A DNA stretch of 64,000 bases from an uncultured delta proteobacterium (GTDB lineage: Bacteria > Myxococcota_A > Polyangia > Haliangiales > Haliangiaceae): positions 3,872,001 to 3,936,000 of the forward strand of contig CAWKDB010000010.1 of assembly GCA_963848295.1 (NCBI GenBank). Reading direction: 5' to 3'. Below are positions 43,209 to 53,330 of this stretch, piece after piece; the first letter of the stretch is position 1, and each line of letters opens with the position of its first letter. A program made the position numbers and the translations under genes. The notes beneath the pieces were generated by a model. That model did no database searches. It saw only the letters and a list, made by a program, of their open reading frames with translations, and was not told the origin of the DNA.

Positions 43209-45792
43209 GCGTCTGAGTCGTCGACCGGTGTCCAAGGCACTGAACGCAAGCTCTCCGAGCTCGAAGCGCAAGGATGATCACGAGCACGAGCGCGCCACTC
43301 GGATCGCCGCCGGCATCGCAGCAACCGCCGGTCGCGTGAGGTGCGATGCAACTCGCGGTCGGCGCGACCGCCGCGCGTTCGCCGGGCACGAGCGCGTGCA
43401 GCGTGCCGTCGTAGCTCGCCGCGACCAGCCAATCGCCGCTTACCGCCATGCTCGCGAGCACCGGCGCGCCGAGCGAGGTCCGCCATAGCTCCTGGCCGTC
43501 GCCGAGATCGAGCGCGACGAGCGCGCCGTCGGTCGCCGCGGTCCATACGATGCTGCCGGTGACGAGCGGCGACGCTTCGAACCCGGCCTCGTGCGCACCG
43601 CGATAGTGCGTCGCGCGCAAGATGCTCGGGCCGGCGGCATGGCGCCACAGCTCGGCGCCGGTCGACGCATCGAGCGCGACCAGGTCGCGATACAGCGTCG
43701 GCACGACGAGCACGCCGCGCGCGTACGCCGGCGCGCCGACGATCGCGTTGCCCCAGCCGAACCCCGCGCGATCGAGCTTGGTCTTCCACCGGATCGCGCC
43801 GGTGTCGAGATCGAGCGCGAGCACGCGGTCGGCCGCGTTCGCGATGAACGCGGTGTGGCCGACGATCACCGGCGCGGCGTTGATCGCGACGACGTCTTCG
43901 CCGCGCAACCGCCACAGCTCGCGTCCGGTCAGCCGATCCCACGCGACGAGCCCGCCGTACGTGCGCTCGAAGATGCCGAGCACGACGCCATCGCCGACCG
44001 CGAGCGCTGCGAGTGACTGGCCGTAGCTGCCTTCGGGCACCGGATCGACCGTCCAGCGCGGCGTGCCGGTCGCCGCGTCGATCACCGCGACCTGGCGCTG
44101 GTGGCCGACGATCACGTCATCGCCATCGACGGTCGGCGGCGAGAACACCGCGCCCGCCTCGATCCACACGTCGCTCGACAGGTCGTAGCGCCAGCGCACC
44201 GCGCCCGTCGCCGCATCGAGCGCGACGACCACGCCGTCGCTCTGCGCCGCGATCACGAGGTCGTGCCACACCGCGACGCCGCCGCGGATCGGCGCCGGTG
44301 CGCGATAGCGCCAGCGCACGTCGCCGGTCGCGAGCTCGAACGCGGTCACGCCGCCGGTGTCGCCGTCGCCGAGGTCGGTCGCGACCGCATAGACCGCGCC
44401 GTTGCTGATCGCGGGCGCCGCTTGCAGGGCATGGCCGCCGATCGCGGCGACCCAGCGCGTGACGAGCGGCGGCGGCAGGTCCTGCGTGCGCGCGCCGGTG
44501 TGCGCGGCGTTGCCGCCGAGCTGCGGCCAATCGCTACCGGTGCGCGGCGGCGCGGCCGGCGTGCACACCTCGAACGTCGTCATCGTCGAGACGTGCTCGC
44601 CGGTCCGGCTCTTCGCCTCGATCTCGACCTCGTGGCCACCCGGTGCGAGCGGCGGCAGCGTCAGCCGCCACGTCCAGCCACCGGCCCAGCGCATCGCGGT
44701 CGGCGTCCCGCAATCGATCCGCGCGGTCACGTCGCGTTGATCGGCGTCGAGCTCGGCCGCGACGAGCAGCTCGGTCGCGCCGCACTGCCCACTCGCCGGC
44801 GCGATCACCGACACGAACGGCGCGTCGACGACGGTCCGGTGCTCGGACGTCAACTTGCCGCCGGCGATCGTCACGACGCGATAGCCCGCGGGCGTGAAGT
44901 CCAACCCGCCCATCAGCAGCGGCTCGGTCGTGAGCTCGATCAGGCCGTCGTGATCGACCGCGCGATTCGTGTGGGTGTGACCGCTCAGCACGTAGTCGAC
45001 GCCAAGCGCGCGCAGCTGCGCCGTGATCGCCTCGGTCGGCGGCGCGTGGGTCAGCGCGACGATCGGCATGCCCTTCGCGACGTGCGCGAGCTCGCCGCGC
45101 AAGAACGCGTTCACGTCATCGGGCGTCATCGCCATGTTCCACACGATGAAGTGCACACCGCCGACATCGAAGCTGTAGTTGTCTGGACCGTGCGCCGCGG
45201 TCCACGTCGCGCCGTCATCGTACCAATCGTGATTGCCGGGCACCGGCACGAACGGTACGCCGAGCCCGTCGAGCGCCTGCGCGACCAGCGCGTGCTCGCT
45301 CGCCTTGCCGCCCTGGGTGAGGTCGCCGAGGATCGTGAAGAACGCGGGTGGCGGCTCGAGCGCGGTCGCCTCGCGCGCGATCGCGGCGAGCTCGCCGGCG
45401 TCCCAGAACTCTTGCGCCGCCGAGATGTGGCTGTCCGACGCGACGACAAAGCGCAGCGGCCGATCGATCGGCGCGGCGAGCCGATGCAACGCGATGGCGA
45501 CGGTCGCGGCCTTGCCGTCGTACGCCGCCCACGCCGGACCGGGCACGAACCCATCGGGCACGCGCGCCCAGATCGTCTCGGGGCCATCGACCTCGAGCGT
45601 GAACGCGCCGTCGCGGTCCGCGGTCGCGAACCGATCGATGCCGGCCGCGACCACGACATCGGCGACGCCGGGCTCGCCGGGCTGACGCACGCCATCGCCG
45701 TTCGCGTCATCGAACACGACGCCTTGGACCGTCGCCGCGCCGGCTGGTGCCGCGATCGCAACGAGAGCCAGGACGGTGAGACGCACGCTCAC
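43198..45792 (-). CDS. Secreted metallophosphoesterase plus PQQ-like beta-propeller with MYXO-CTERM-like tail
   Basis: SDSH, GDL, PGNHD, SGHTH; LDAATG..RW repeats; GGCC-TM-RARR end. Confidence 0.88.
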   Translation of the reverse strand: MSVRLTVLALVAIAAPAGAATVQGVVFDDANGDGVRQPGEPGVADVVVAAGIDRFATADRDGAFTLEVDGPETIWARVPDGFVPGPAWAAYDGKAATVAIALHRLAAPIDRPLRFVVASDSHISAAQEFWDAGELAAIAREATALEPPPAFFTILGDLTQGGKASEHALVAQALDGLGVPFVPVPGNHDWYDDGATWTAAHGPDNYSFDVGGVHFIVWNMAMTPDDVNAFLRGELAHVAKGMPIVALTHAPPTEAITAQLRALGVDYVLSGHTHTNRAVDHDGLIELTTEPLLMGGLDFTPAGYRVVTIAGGKLTSEHRTVVDAPFVSVIAPASGQCGATELLVAAELDADQRDVTARIDCGTPTAMRWAGGWTWRLTLPPLAPGGHEVEIEAKSRTGEHVSTMTTFEVCTPAAPPRTGSDWPQLGGNAAHTGARTQDLPPPLVTRWVAAIGGHALQAAPAISNGAVYAVATDLGDGDTGGVTAFELATGDVRWRYRAPAPIRGGVAVWHDLVIAAQSDGVVVALDAATGAVRWRYDLSSDVWIEAGAVFSPPTVDGDDVIVGHQRQVAVIDAATGTPRWTVDPVPEGSYGQSLAALAVGDGVVLGIFERTYGGLVAWDRLTGRELWRLRGEDVVAINAAPVIVGHTAFIANAADRVLALDLDTGAIRWKTKLDRAGFGWGNAIVGAPAYARGVLVVPTLYRDLVALDASTGAELWRHAAGPSILRATHYRGAHEAGFEASPLVTGSIVWTAATDGALVALDLGDGQELWRTSLGAPVLASMAVSGDWLVAASYDGTLHALVPGERAAVAPTASCIAPHATGGCCDAGGDPSGALVLVIILALRARRACVQCLGHRSTTQTLTE

Positions 45793-45882
45793 GAGGATAG
45801 TGGATCGACGGTACGGTATAAGCGAGTGCGTGGCATCCACCTCGGCCGTGCGCTCGTGATCGGCCGGGCCGCGTTCACGCGC

Positions 45883-47805
45883 ATGTGGGCCGCGCCCGGT
45901 CGCTGGTCGCGGTTGCTGCTCGCCGGGGCGTGCCTGCTGATCGTCAGCATGTACTGCACGAACAGCGACATGAACCACGATCCCGATTCGCCGCGCGGCG
46001 ACGGCACGTATCGGCCGGTGCTCGCACGAGGCGACGGTCACATGATGTACCTGATGGCGCGCTCGACCGCGCTCGACCTCGACTGGAACTTCGACAACGA
46101 CCTGAAGCGCTTCGGCGATCCGTGGTTCGAGCCGCGCACGAAGACCGGGCGCAAAGCGATCGTGCACCCGATCGGGCCGGCGCTCGCGTGGACGCCGTTG
46201 ATCTGGATCGCCGAGGCCGGCGCGGTCGTCGCGAACGTGTTCGGCGCGGACATCGCGCTGCATGGCTATACGTTGTGGCACCAGCGCTTCGTATTTCTGT
46301 CGAGCGCGTTGTTCGCGTGCGGGACCGTGCTGCTCGGCGCATGGCTCGCGCGGCGACTCGGCGCCGGGCGATGGGCCGCGGCCTACGCGGCGGTCGCGAT
46401 CCTGCTCGGCACGTCGTTGACGTACTACGCGACCTACATGCCGAGCTACGCGCACGCGATGGACGCCGCGGCGAGCGCCGGGTTCTTGGCCTATTGGGCC
46501 GCGACGATCGGGCGGCGCGATCGCCGGCGGTGGCTGGCGCTAGGCGTGCTGCTCGGGGTCGCGGCGCTGATCCGCGTGCAAGAGCTCGCGCTCGGCGTCG
46601 TCGTCGCGCTCGAGATCGCGGTCGAAGTGGTGCGCGCACGGCGCGACCGACGAGTCGCGCTCGCGTGGATCGCCGGCGGTGCGCTCGCGCTCGGCGTGGC
46701 GATCGTCGTGTTCATCCCGCAGCTCGTCGAGTGGCACGTCGTGTTCGGGGATGCCACGGCGCTGCCGCAAGGCGCCGCGTACACCCGGCCGGGCTCGCCG
46801 ATGGTCCTCGAGCTGCTGTTCTCGGCGCGCAACGGCTGGTTGGTCTCGACGCCGATCGCCTATGCCGCGTTGATCGGGATCGCGCTCGTGCCGAAGCGAG
46901 CGCGGTTCGTCGCCGTCGCCCTCGGTCTCGCGGTCGCGATCCAGATCTATCTCGACAGCACGATCCTCGATTGGTGGGGCGGCTCGTCGTTCGGGCAACG
47001 CCGGCTGTGCAACGTCACGCTGCCGCTCGTCGTCGGGCTCGCTGCCTTGCTCGCGCGGCTCCGTGGGTTCGTCGCTCGTTGGCCGCGGATCCCGCGCGGC
47101 GTGTGGCATGCGCTGGCCGCCCTCGGTCTCGGCAGTTGCGTCACATGGAACCTCGCGCGGGTCGGCGAGCTGCGTGCTGGCAAGGCGGCGTCGTCGGAGC
47201 TCGTGCCGACCTGTTGTGGTCGGATCGCGCGCTGGCTGCGCCCCGCGATCGAAGCGGTCTACGACCGGATCGGCAACCCGTTCGAGCTCCCGGCGAGCGC
47301 GCTCTACGCGCTTCGCCACGGCGTCGAGCTCCAGCGCTGGGACCACGCGGTCGGCAGGTATCCGCTCGTGCCCGCGTTCGGCGACGTTCGCGGCGATCGG
47401 CTCGCGGGCGTCCGAGGCAAGTGGTCGTTCGGCAGCGCCGCGATCAAACCATTCTTGCTCGACGGGTGGTCGACGGCGGTGACCGCCGATCGAACGTTCC
47501 GCTACACGCTCGCGCCGGTCGCGACCGCGGTGATCCCGAACCTGATGCCAAACGATCAGCGCTGGACACTGTGGCTCGCCGCCGCCGGTAGCCACGACGT
47601 GACTATCAGCTACGACGATGAGACGGTCGCGCATGCCGCGCTCGGGACCGGCTGGACCGCCGTCCAGTTCGATCTACGCGCGCCGGCGGTGGGCGATCAC
47701 GAGCTGTCGATCGAGGCGACGCCGGCGGCGGTCGCTCCTGGCTGGCCGGATCCGCATGCGCCGGTCGGCGTCGCGGTCGGCGACCTCGAGCTCGTGCTGC
47801 GCTAA
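45883..47805 (+). CDS. Integral membrane GT-C-like glycosyltransferase
   Basis: RGDG..YL.ARS..LD.D, MPSYAHA, LFS.RNGW, WWGGSSFGQR; many TM helices. Confidence 0.65.
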   Translation: MWAAPGRWSRLLLAGACLLIVSMYCTNSDMNHDPDSPRGDGTYRPVLARGDGHMMYLMARSTALDLDWNFDNDLKRFGDPWFEPRTKTGRKAIVHPIGPALAWTPLIWIAEAGAVVANVFGADIALHGYTLWHQRFVFLSSALFACGTVLLGAWLARRLGAGRWAAAYAAVAILLGTSLTYYATYMPSYAHAMDAAASAGFLAYWAATIGRRDRRRWLALGVLLGVAALIRVQELALGVVVALEIAVEVVRARRDRRVALAWIAGGALALGVAIVVFIPQLVEWHVVFGDATALPQGAAYTRPGSPMVLELLFSARNGWLVSTPIAYAALIGIALVPKRARFVAVALGLAVAIQIYLDSTILDWWGGSSFGQRRLCNVTLPLVVGLAALLARLRGFVARWPRIPRGVWHALAALGLGSCVTWNLARVGELRAGKAASSELVPTCCGRIARWLRPAIEAVYDRIGNPFELPASALYALRHGVELQRWDHAVGRYPLVPAFGDVRGDRLAGVRGKWSFGSAAIKPFLLDGWSTAVTADRTFRYTLAPVATAVIPNLMPNDQRWTLWLAAAGSHDVTISYDDETVAHAALGTGWTAVQFDLRAPAVGDHELSIEATPAAVAPGWPDPHAPVGVAVGDLELVLR

Positions 47806-48485
47806 CGGAAGGCCACGGTGAACGCCTCGAACGCGCCTCCCGAGTAGATCCAATCGGCGCCGTAGGATCCGGGATCGCCGGGGACGTAGTAGGCGATATC
47901 GCCGAACATCGTGTCGTCGAAGCTCGTGAACGGGCTGGTCGCCTCGATCCCTGCGACAGGGCCGCACGTGGCGACGCCCGAGACGACGACATCGCCGAGC
48001 ATCGCGTCGACGGCTGGAGCCGTGGCGCTCGGCATCGAGTCCTCCGAGGCCGTGGCCGCGTCGGCCGGGAACTTGCTCGTCACGTCGGCGATCTCGAGCA
48101 CGAACACATCGAACGGCATCACGCTCGACAACGTGACCTCGACGGATCGAGCACCCGCCGATGCGTCGCCGACCACATGGAGCGATGTCGTCGATAGGCA
48201 TCCATCAGCGTGAACCAACTGAATCATGAGTGGATCCCCGGCGTCGGTTTGCACCGTCACCGCCGGCACGGCAAGGTTTGCGTACGTCACGCCAACTACC
48301 AACAGCTCGCCGCCCTGCGTCGTCGGGATCTCGACCGACGCGGTCTTCGCGGTCAGCCGACCCGATGCCGCGGTCCTGACGCGAGTCCCGGGGTCGCCGC
48401 CTCCAAGGACGCCGAGGGTTCCATCCGGATCTCCCGGCGAGCTCGTACACGCCGCACACGCCACCAACCCAAGGACGAGCCGCAT
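47802..48485 (-). CDS. Hypothetical lipoprotein
   Basis: MRLVLGLVACAAC lipobox. Confidence 0.7.
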   Translation of the reverse strand: MRLVLGLVACAACTSSPGDPDGTLGVLGGGDPGTRVRTAASGRLTAKTASVEIPTTQGGELLVVGVTYANLAVPAVTVQTDAGDPLMIQLVHADGCLSTTSLHVVGDASAGARSVEVTLSSVMPFDVFVLEIADVTSKFPADAATASEDSMPSATAPAVDAMLGDVVVSGVATCGPVAGIEATSPFTSFDDTMFGDIAYYVPGDPGSYGADWIYSGGAFEAFTVAFR

Positions 48486-48557
48486 CGGCGAAGCTTATCG
48501 CACGGCAACGGCCTGCTCCACTTGCATCCCGTCGCGTCGCAGGCGCATCTAATCACC

Positions 48558-49844
48558 ATGGCGCGACCGCACGTGGTCATCATCGGCGGCGGGTTCGGCG
48601 GGCTGACCGCTGCACGCGCGCTGGCGAAGGCCGACGTCGACGTCACGCTGATCGATCGCCGCAACCATCACCTGTTTCAGCCGTTGCTCTATCAGGTCGC
48701 GACCGCGGCGCTCAACGCGGCCGACATCGCGTATCCGATCCGCGCGGTGCTCGCGAAGCAGCGCAACGCGAACGTGTTGCTCGCCGAGGCGCGCGAGATC
48801 GACGTCGCGACTCACACGGTGACGCTCGACGCCGGCACGCTGCACTACGACTTCCTCGTGCTCGCGACCGGCGCGACGCACTCGTATTTCGGCAATCCGC
48901 AGTGGGCGCCGCGCGCGCCCGGGCTCAAGTCGATCGAGGATGCGCTCGAGATCCGCCGGCGGATCTTCCTCGCGTATGAAGCGGCGGAGCGCGAGACCGA
49001 TCCGGAGCTCCAGCGCGAATGGCTGACGTTCGCGGTCGTCGGCGGCGGGCCGACCGGCGTCGAGCTCGCCGGCGCGCTCGGCGAGATCGGGCTCACGACG
49101 CTCGCGCATGACTTTCGCCGCATCGACCCGACCTCGGTGCGCGTCGTGCTGTGCGAAGGCAACGCGCGCGTGCTCGGCACGTATCCCGAGAAGCTGTCGG
49201 CCGCGGCGAAGCGATCGCTCGAGAAGCGCCACGTCGAGGTCCGGCTCGACACGCTGGTCACCGCGATCGACGAGCGCGGGCTCACGGTCAAGTCCGGCGA
49301 GCGAATCGGCGCGCGCACCGTGTTGTGGGCGGCAGGCGTCGCGGCGTCGCCGCTCGGCGCGAGCCTCGGCGTCGCGCGCGATCGCGCGGGCCGGGTCGTC
49401 GTCGAGCCCGACTTATCGATCCCCGGTCATCCCGAGGTGTTCGTGATCGGCGATCTCGCGAAGATGATCTCGGACGGCGCCGAGGTGCCGGGCGTCGCGC
49501 AAGGTGCGCTGCAAGGCGGCAAGCACGTCGCGAAGATCATCGCGGGCGGCAAGCGCACGCCGTTTCACTATCACGACAAGGGCAACCTCGCGACGATCGG
49601 ACGCGCCGATGCGGTGGTAGCGACCAAGCATGTCGCGCGATCCGGTTTGCTCGCCTGGTTGCTGTGGTGGGTCGTTCACATCACGTTCCTCGTGGGGTTT
49701 CGCAATCGCGTGTTCGTGATGATCCAGTGGGCGTGGTCGTGGCTGACATTCCAGCGCGGCGCCCGGCTGATCACGGGCCCGATCGGCGTGCTGCCCGCGA
49801 TCAGCGAGGCGAAACCGGAAGCTGGCAAGCGCGCATCGGGGTAG
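48558..49844 (+). CDS. ndh: Type II NADH dehydrogenase
   Basis: GGGFGG, FQPLLYQVAT, GGGPTGVELAG, WAAGV, VIGD. Confidence 0.93.
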   Translation: MARPHVVIIGGGFGGLTAARALAKADVDVTLIDRRNHHLFQPLLYQVATAALNAADIAYPIRAVLAKQRNANVLLAEAREIDVATHTVTLDAGTLHYDFLVLATGATHSYFGNPQWAPRAPGLKSIEDALEIRRRIFLAYEAAERETDPELQREWLTFAVVGGGPTGVELAGALGEIGLTTLAHDFRRIDPTSVRVVLCEGNARVLGTYPEKLSAAAKRSLEKRHVEVRLDTLVTAIDERGLTVKSGERIGARTVLWAAGVAASPLGASLGVARDRAGRVVVEPDLSIPGHPEVFVIGDLAKMISDGAEVPGVAQGALQGGKHVAKIIAGGKRTPFHYHDKGNLATIGRADAVVATKHVARSGLLAWLLWWVVHITFLVGFRNRVFVMIQWAWSWLTFQRGARLITGPIGVLPAISEAKPEAGKRASG

Positions 49845-50184
49845 CACCTCGTCGCTCGACGGGTTCACCACGACGGCTTCGCGCGGCTGCCTTGCGAGGG
49901 TGCCTCGGACCCGCTCCGGCGACGGCGCTGGCGCTGGAGGTTCCGGCGTCTTCGCGGAGCGACGCCGCTGCGCGGCGATCGCGCTGCGCGCGAGTCGGCG
50001 TGTTGACCGCGTGGCCTTGCGTCTCTTCGCGCGCGTGCCGTAGTCGCTCTCCGAGGCATCCCTCGCGGCGACGCCGCGCTCAGCGACGAGATCGCGAACG
50101 AAGGGGCGAAGAACGGAGTTGTGATGAGAACTCTCGAGCGTTCCGCGGTCTCGGCAACGCGCGGCGAGGCGCGGCGCGGCGGGG

Positions 50185-52893
50185 CTACGCGAGCGCGACG
50201 AGGTCTTCGAACGCGGCGTAGTAGCCGCGGCGAAACGCGGTGACGGTCGCCGCGCCGGCGCTCGCGCGATGCGTGACCAGGTTGCGCACCGCCGCGAGCG
50301 TGTGCAGGCGATGCGCGAGCGCGACCGTCTTGTCGGCGGACTTGCCGCCGAGCTTCATGAGGTTGCGAAAGCCACTCGACGGATGATCGACCGCGAACAG
50401 CACCATCAGCCGCGCCCACTCGGTGATCGACAGCGGCGAGTCGAGGCGCTTGCGGCGATGTTCGGTCAGCTCGCGCACCGCGTTCGGGATCGAGCGCAGC
50501 GGGATGTCGACCTTCGCGCTGCCGACCTCGATCGGATCTTTCCACTTCGGCTCGAGCCAGCGCTGGAATCCGGGCCAGCTCGCACCGATCACGCGATCGA
50601 CGTAGTCGAACAGCGTCGCCGGCTCGCGCTGGAGCCCCGCCATCCGCGGCCCGAGCCACGCGTGCACGTAGTTCTCGAGCACCTTCATCCACAGCGTGAT
50701 CGGCGGCGATAGATCGGCCTCGGTGGGCGTGCTCTGGAACAACGACTCGGCGGTGCGCAAGCTCTTCACGATCTCGGCGAACCCGCCCAGCTTGACGAGC
50801 TGCGCGAACGCGGGGAACGCGGCGATGATCTCGGCGTCGACGTCGAGCCCCGGTGCAGCGTCGCCGTGCGGCAGCGTCGCGAGCTTGAGCCGGACCAGCG
50901 GTTCGAACGCCGGGTCGTCGCCGCCGAGGTGCGCGAGCGCGGCGTCGATCGCGGGGGCGAGCTGGTCGGCGTGCGCGCGCGGCACCGTGATCGCGGCGGC
51001 GAGCTCGCCGCGCGTCGTCGGGTCGCCATCGCCGGCGACGAACCCGAGCACGAGCGCGAGCGCCTCGGGCGTCGCGAGCCGGACCAGCCCGGCGGCGGCG
51101 CGTTCGCGCACGGCCGGATCGTCGTCGCGGATCGCGGCGAGCAACGCCGCCTCGGTCGTCGCGTCGCCGAACGCGGTGAGCCGGCCGAGCGCTCCGATCG
51201 CGGCACCGCGCACCGCCGGCGAGTCGTCGCGAGCAAGCGCGACGAGCGAGCTCGGCGGCACCGCGCCGGCGAGCAAGCCCGCGAGCTCGGCACCGGCCTC
51301 GCGCTCGCGCGGATCGGCGAGCGTCAGCAGCTGGCCAGCGCGCCCGGACAACGACGCGAGCGCGGCGGCCTCGGGCGCAGCCGCGAGTAACGCGTTCGAC
51401 GCGGCTCCGAGCACGCGCGGATCGTCTTCGCGCCGCATCGCCGCGATCATGTCCGCTGGCGCGACGCGCAGCTCGCCGAGTGCGACGTAGCACGCGAGGC
51501 GCAGGTCGGGTGGCGACGTCGCCGCGACGAGCTTGGCGAGCTGAGGTGCGAGCTGATCGAGCCCGAGGTTGCCCGCGACGTACGACGCGCGCCGCCGGAC
51601 TCCGAGGTCGGCGTCGTCGAGCATCGGCGCGACGATCCGCGCGATCGTTGTCGCGTCGCCGTGCGTGCGCCGCGCGAGCTGCAGTGCCCACAACACCGCG
51701 CCGCGGATCGCCGGCTCGGCGCTGGCTGCGAGACCGCCGATCCGATCGATCAGCTCGGTGCTCTGCGCGAACGCACCCATCGCCTGCACCGCGGCGGCCC
51801 GGGTCGCGACATCGGCGGTCGCTTGGTGCGCGACCTTCGCGAGCGCGTCGCGCTCCCACGGTTGATCCGCTTCGATCGATCCGATCGCGCGCGCCCGGAC
51901 GATCGGATCGAGCGCAGGGCGCTCCGCGAGCTCGAGCAGATAACGCGTCACTTCCGGCTCGCGGAGCTCACCGAGGATCTGGACGACGCCGGCCGCGTCC
52001 TCTCCGAGCAGGATCTCCGCCTGCTCGATGACCTCCGCGACCGCGAGCGTACGCAAGCGGCGGGCGAGGATCGCGCGCACGGCGCGATCCGCTTCGCTGA
52101 GCGCGACGAGGAAGCGCTCGCCCGCGTCGCGATCGCGCTCGGCCTTGAGCGCGCGTGACGCCAGGTTCGCGGCGATGCGGATCTCGGCGTCTTCGTGCCG
52201 GGCGAGCCGGCGCAGCACCGGCAAGACCTCGAGCGCGCCGAGCTCGGCGAGGTAGCGCACCGCCGCGATCTGGAGCTCGGGCTCGAGCTCGCCGTCGACG
52301 ATCGCGATCGCCGCTGCGCGCGCCACCGGCGAGCGAATCTCGGTGAGCGCGGTCAGCGCGATCGCCGCCTCGATCGGATCGCCGCCGACGTACGACACGA
52401 GGCGCTCGGCCGCGCTCATCGCGCCCATCCGGCCGAGCGCGGCGATCGCGGCACGGCGCAGCGCGGGCGGTGCGCCATCGCTGACGAACCCGGCGACCGC
52501 CTCTTCGAGCGCTGGAAACCCGAGGCCGCCCGCGGCTTGCAGCGCGGCGACCGCGATCGTCGGATCGCGATCGGAGATCCGCCGGTGCACGAACGGCAGC
52601 AGCCAGATGTTGCGGAAGCCGCGGCCCATCGCCGCGACCACGCCGCGCCGATCCGCGGCCGTATCCGCGACCCGCGCGGCCTCGAGCAACGCGAACGCCG
52701 CGCGCTCCGCCGCGTCCCAGTCGGCACCGAGCGCGCGCCCCGCGAGATCGCCGAGCAGCCCGCAGGCCTCGAGCCGCGCGGTCCGAGTCGCCGCCTCGAC
52801 CGCCGCGAAGGCGAGCTGATCGACGACCGCGCCCGGGCTCGCCTGGCCGCGCTCGAGCCGGGCCCGCAACGCGCGTGCGCTGTCTTCACCCAT
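50185..52893 (-). CDS. HEAT-repeat protein with HEPN-like C-terminal domain
   Basis: Repeated VR..A..ALG units; C-terminal RNLVTH (Rx4H). Confidence 0.8.
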   Translation of the reverse strand: MGEDSARALRARLERGQASPGAVVDQLAFAAVEAATRTARLEACGLLGDLAGRALGADWDAAERAAFALLEAARVADTAADRRGVVAAMGRGFRNIWLLPFVHRRISDRDPTIAVAALQAAGGLGFPALEEAVAGFVSDGAPPALRRAAIAALGRMGAMSAAERLVSYVGGDPIEAAIALTALTEIRSPVARAAAIAIVDGELEPELQIAAVRYLAELGALEVLPVLRRLARHEDAEIRIAANLASRALKAERDRDAGERFLVALSEADRAVRAILARRLRTLAVAEVIEQAEILLGEDAAGVVQILGELREPEVTRYLLELAERPALDPIVRARAIGSIEADQPWERDALAKVAHQATADVATRAAAVQAMGAFAQSTELIDRIGGLAASAEPAIRGAVLWALQLARRTHGDATTIARIVAPMLDDADLGVRRRASYVAGNLGLDQLAPQLAKLVAATSPPDLRLACYVALGELRVAPADMIAAMRREDDPRVLGAASNALLAAAPEAAALASLSGRAGQLLTLADPREREAGAELAGLLAGAVPPSSLVALARDDSPAVRGAAIGALGRLTAFGDATTEAALLAAIRDDDPAVRERAAAGLVRLATPEALALVLGFVAGDGDPTTRGELAAAITVPRAHADQLAPAIDAALAHLGGDDPAFEPLVRLKLATLPHGDAAPGLDVDAEIIAAFPAFAQLVKLGGFAEIVKSLRTAESLFQSTPTEADLSPPITLWMKVLENYVHAWLGPRMAGLQREPATLFDYVDRVIGASWPGFQRWLEPKWKDPIEVGSAKVDIPLRSIPNAVRELTEHRRKRLDSPLSITEWARLMVLFAVDHPSSGFRNLMKLGGKSADKTVALAHRLHTLAAVRNLVTHRASAGAATVTAFRRGYYAAFEDLVALA

Positions 52894-52922
52894 GGGCGAA
52901 GCCTAACCGGTACAGTTGCCGG

Positions 52923-53330
52923 GTGGAGCGCTTCACCATGCCGATCGTCGCCGCCGCCGATGACATCGATGACCTGAATCACGTGTCGAACCTGGTCTAC
53001 GTGCGCTGGGTGCTCGACGTCGCGATGGCGCACTCGCGGTCGAAGGGCTGGGACCATCCGCAGTATCGGGCGCTCGGCGCGGTCTGGGTCGTGCGCCGGC
53101 ACGAGATCGATTACGTCCAGCAAGTCATGCTCGGCGACGAGCTGGTCGCGACGACGTGGGTCGACCTGTGGCGCGCCGCCTCGTGCGTGCGCAAGACCGA
53201 GCTGACGCGCGATGGTCAGATCGTGGCGCGCGGCTCGACGCTGTGGGCGTTGATCTCGTTCGAGACCGGTCGGCCGACGCGGATCACCGCCGATCTCAAG
53301 ACCGCTTTCATCGACGGTCATCCGAAATGA
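52923..53330 (+). CDS. Acyl-CoA thioesterase (4HBT family)
   Basis: DIDDLNHVSNLVYVRW, VRRHEIDY. Confidence 0.9.
   Translation: MERFTMPIVAAADDIDDLNHVSNLVYVRWVLDVAMAHSRSKGWDHPQYRALGAVWVVRRHEIDYVQQVMLGDELVATTWVDLWRAASCVRKTELTRDGQIVARGSTLWALISFETGRPTRITADLKTAFIDGHPK

Noticed and set aside
37776..47805. Very long alternative ORFs (e.g. 37776-39950, 38386-40857, 5' parts of 44101-47805 and 43198-46455)
   Set aside because: Arg/Ala-rich shadow frames of recognisable genes, expected at high GC.
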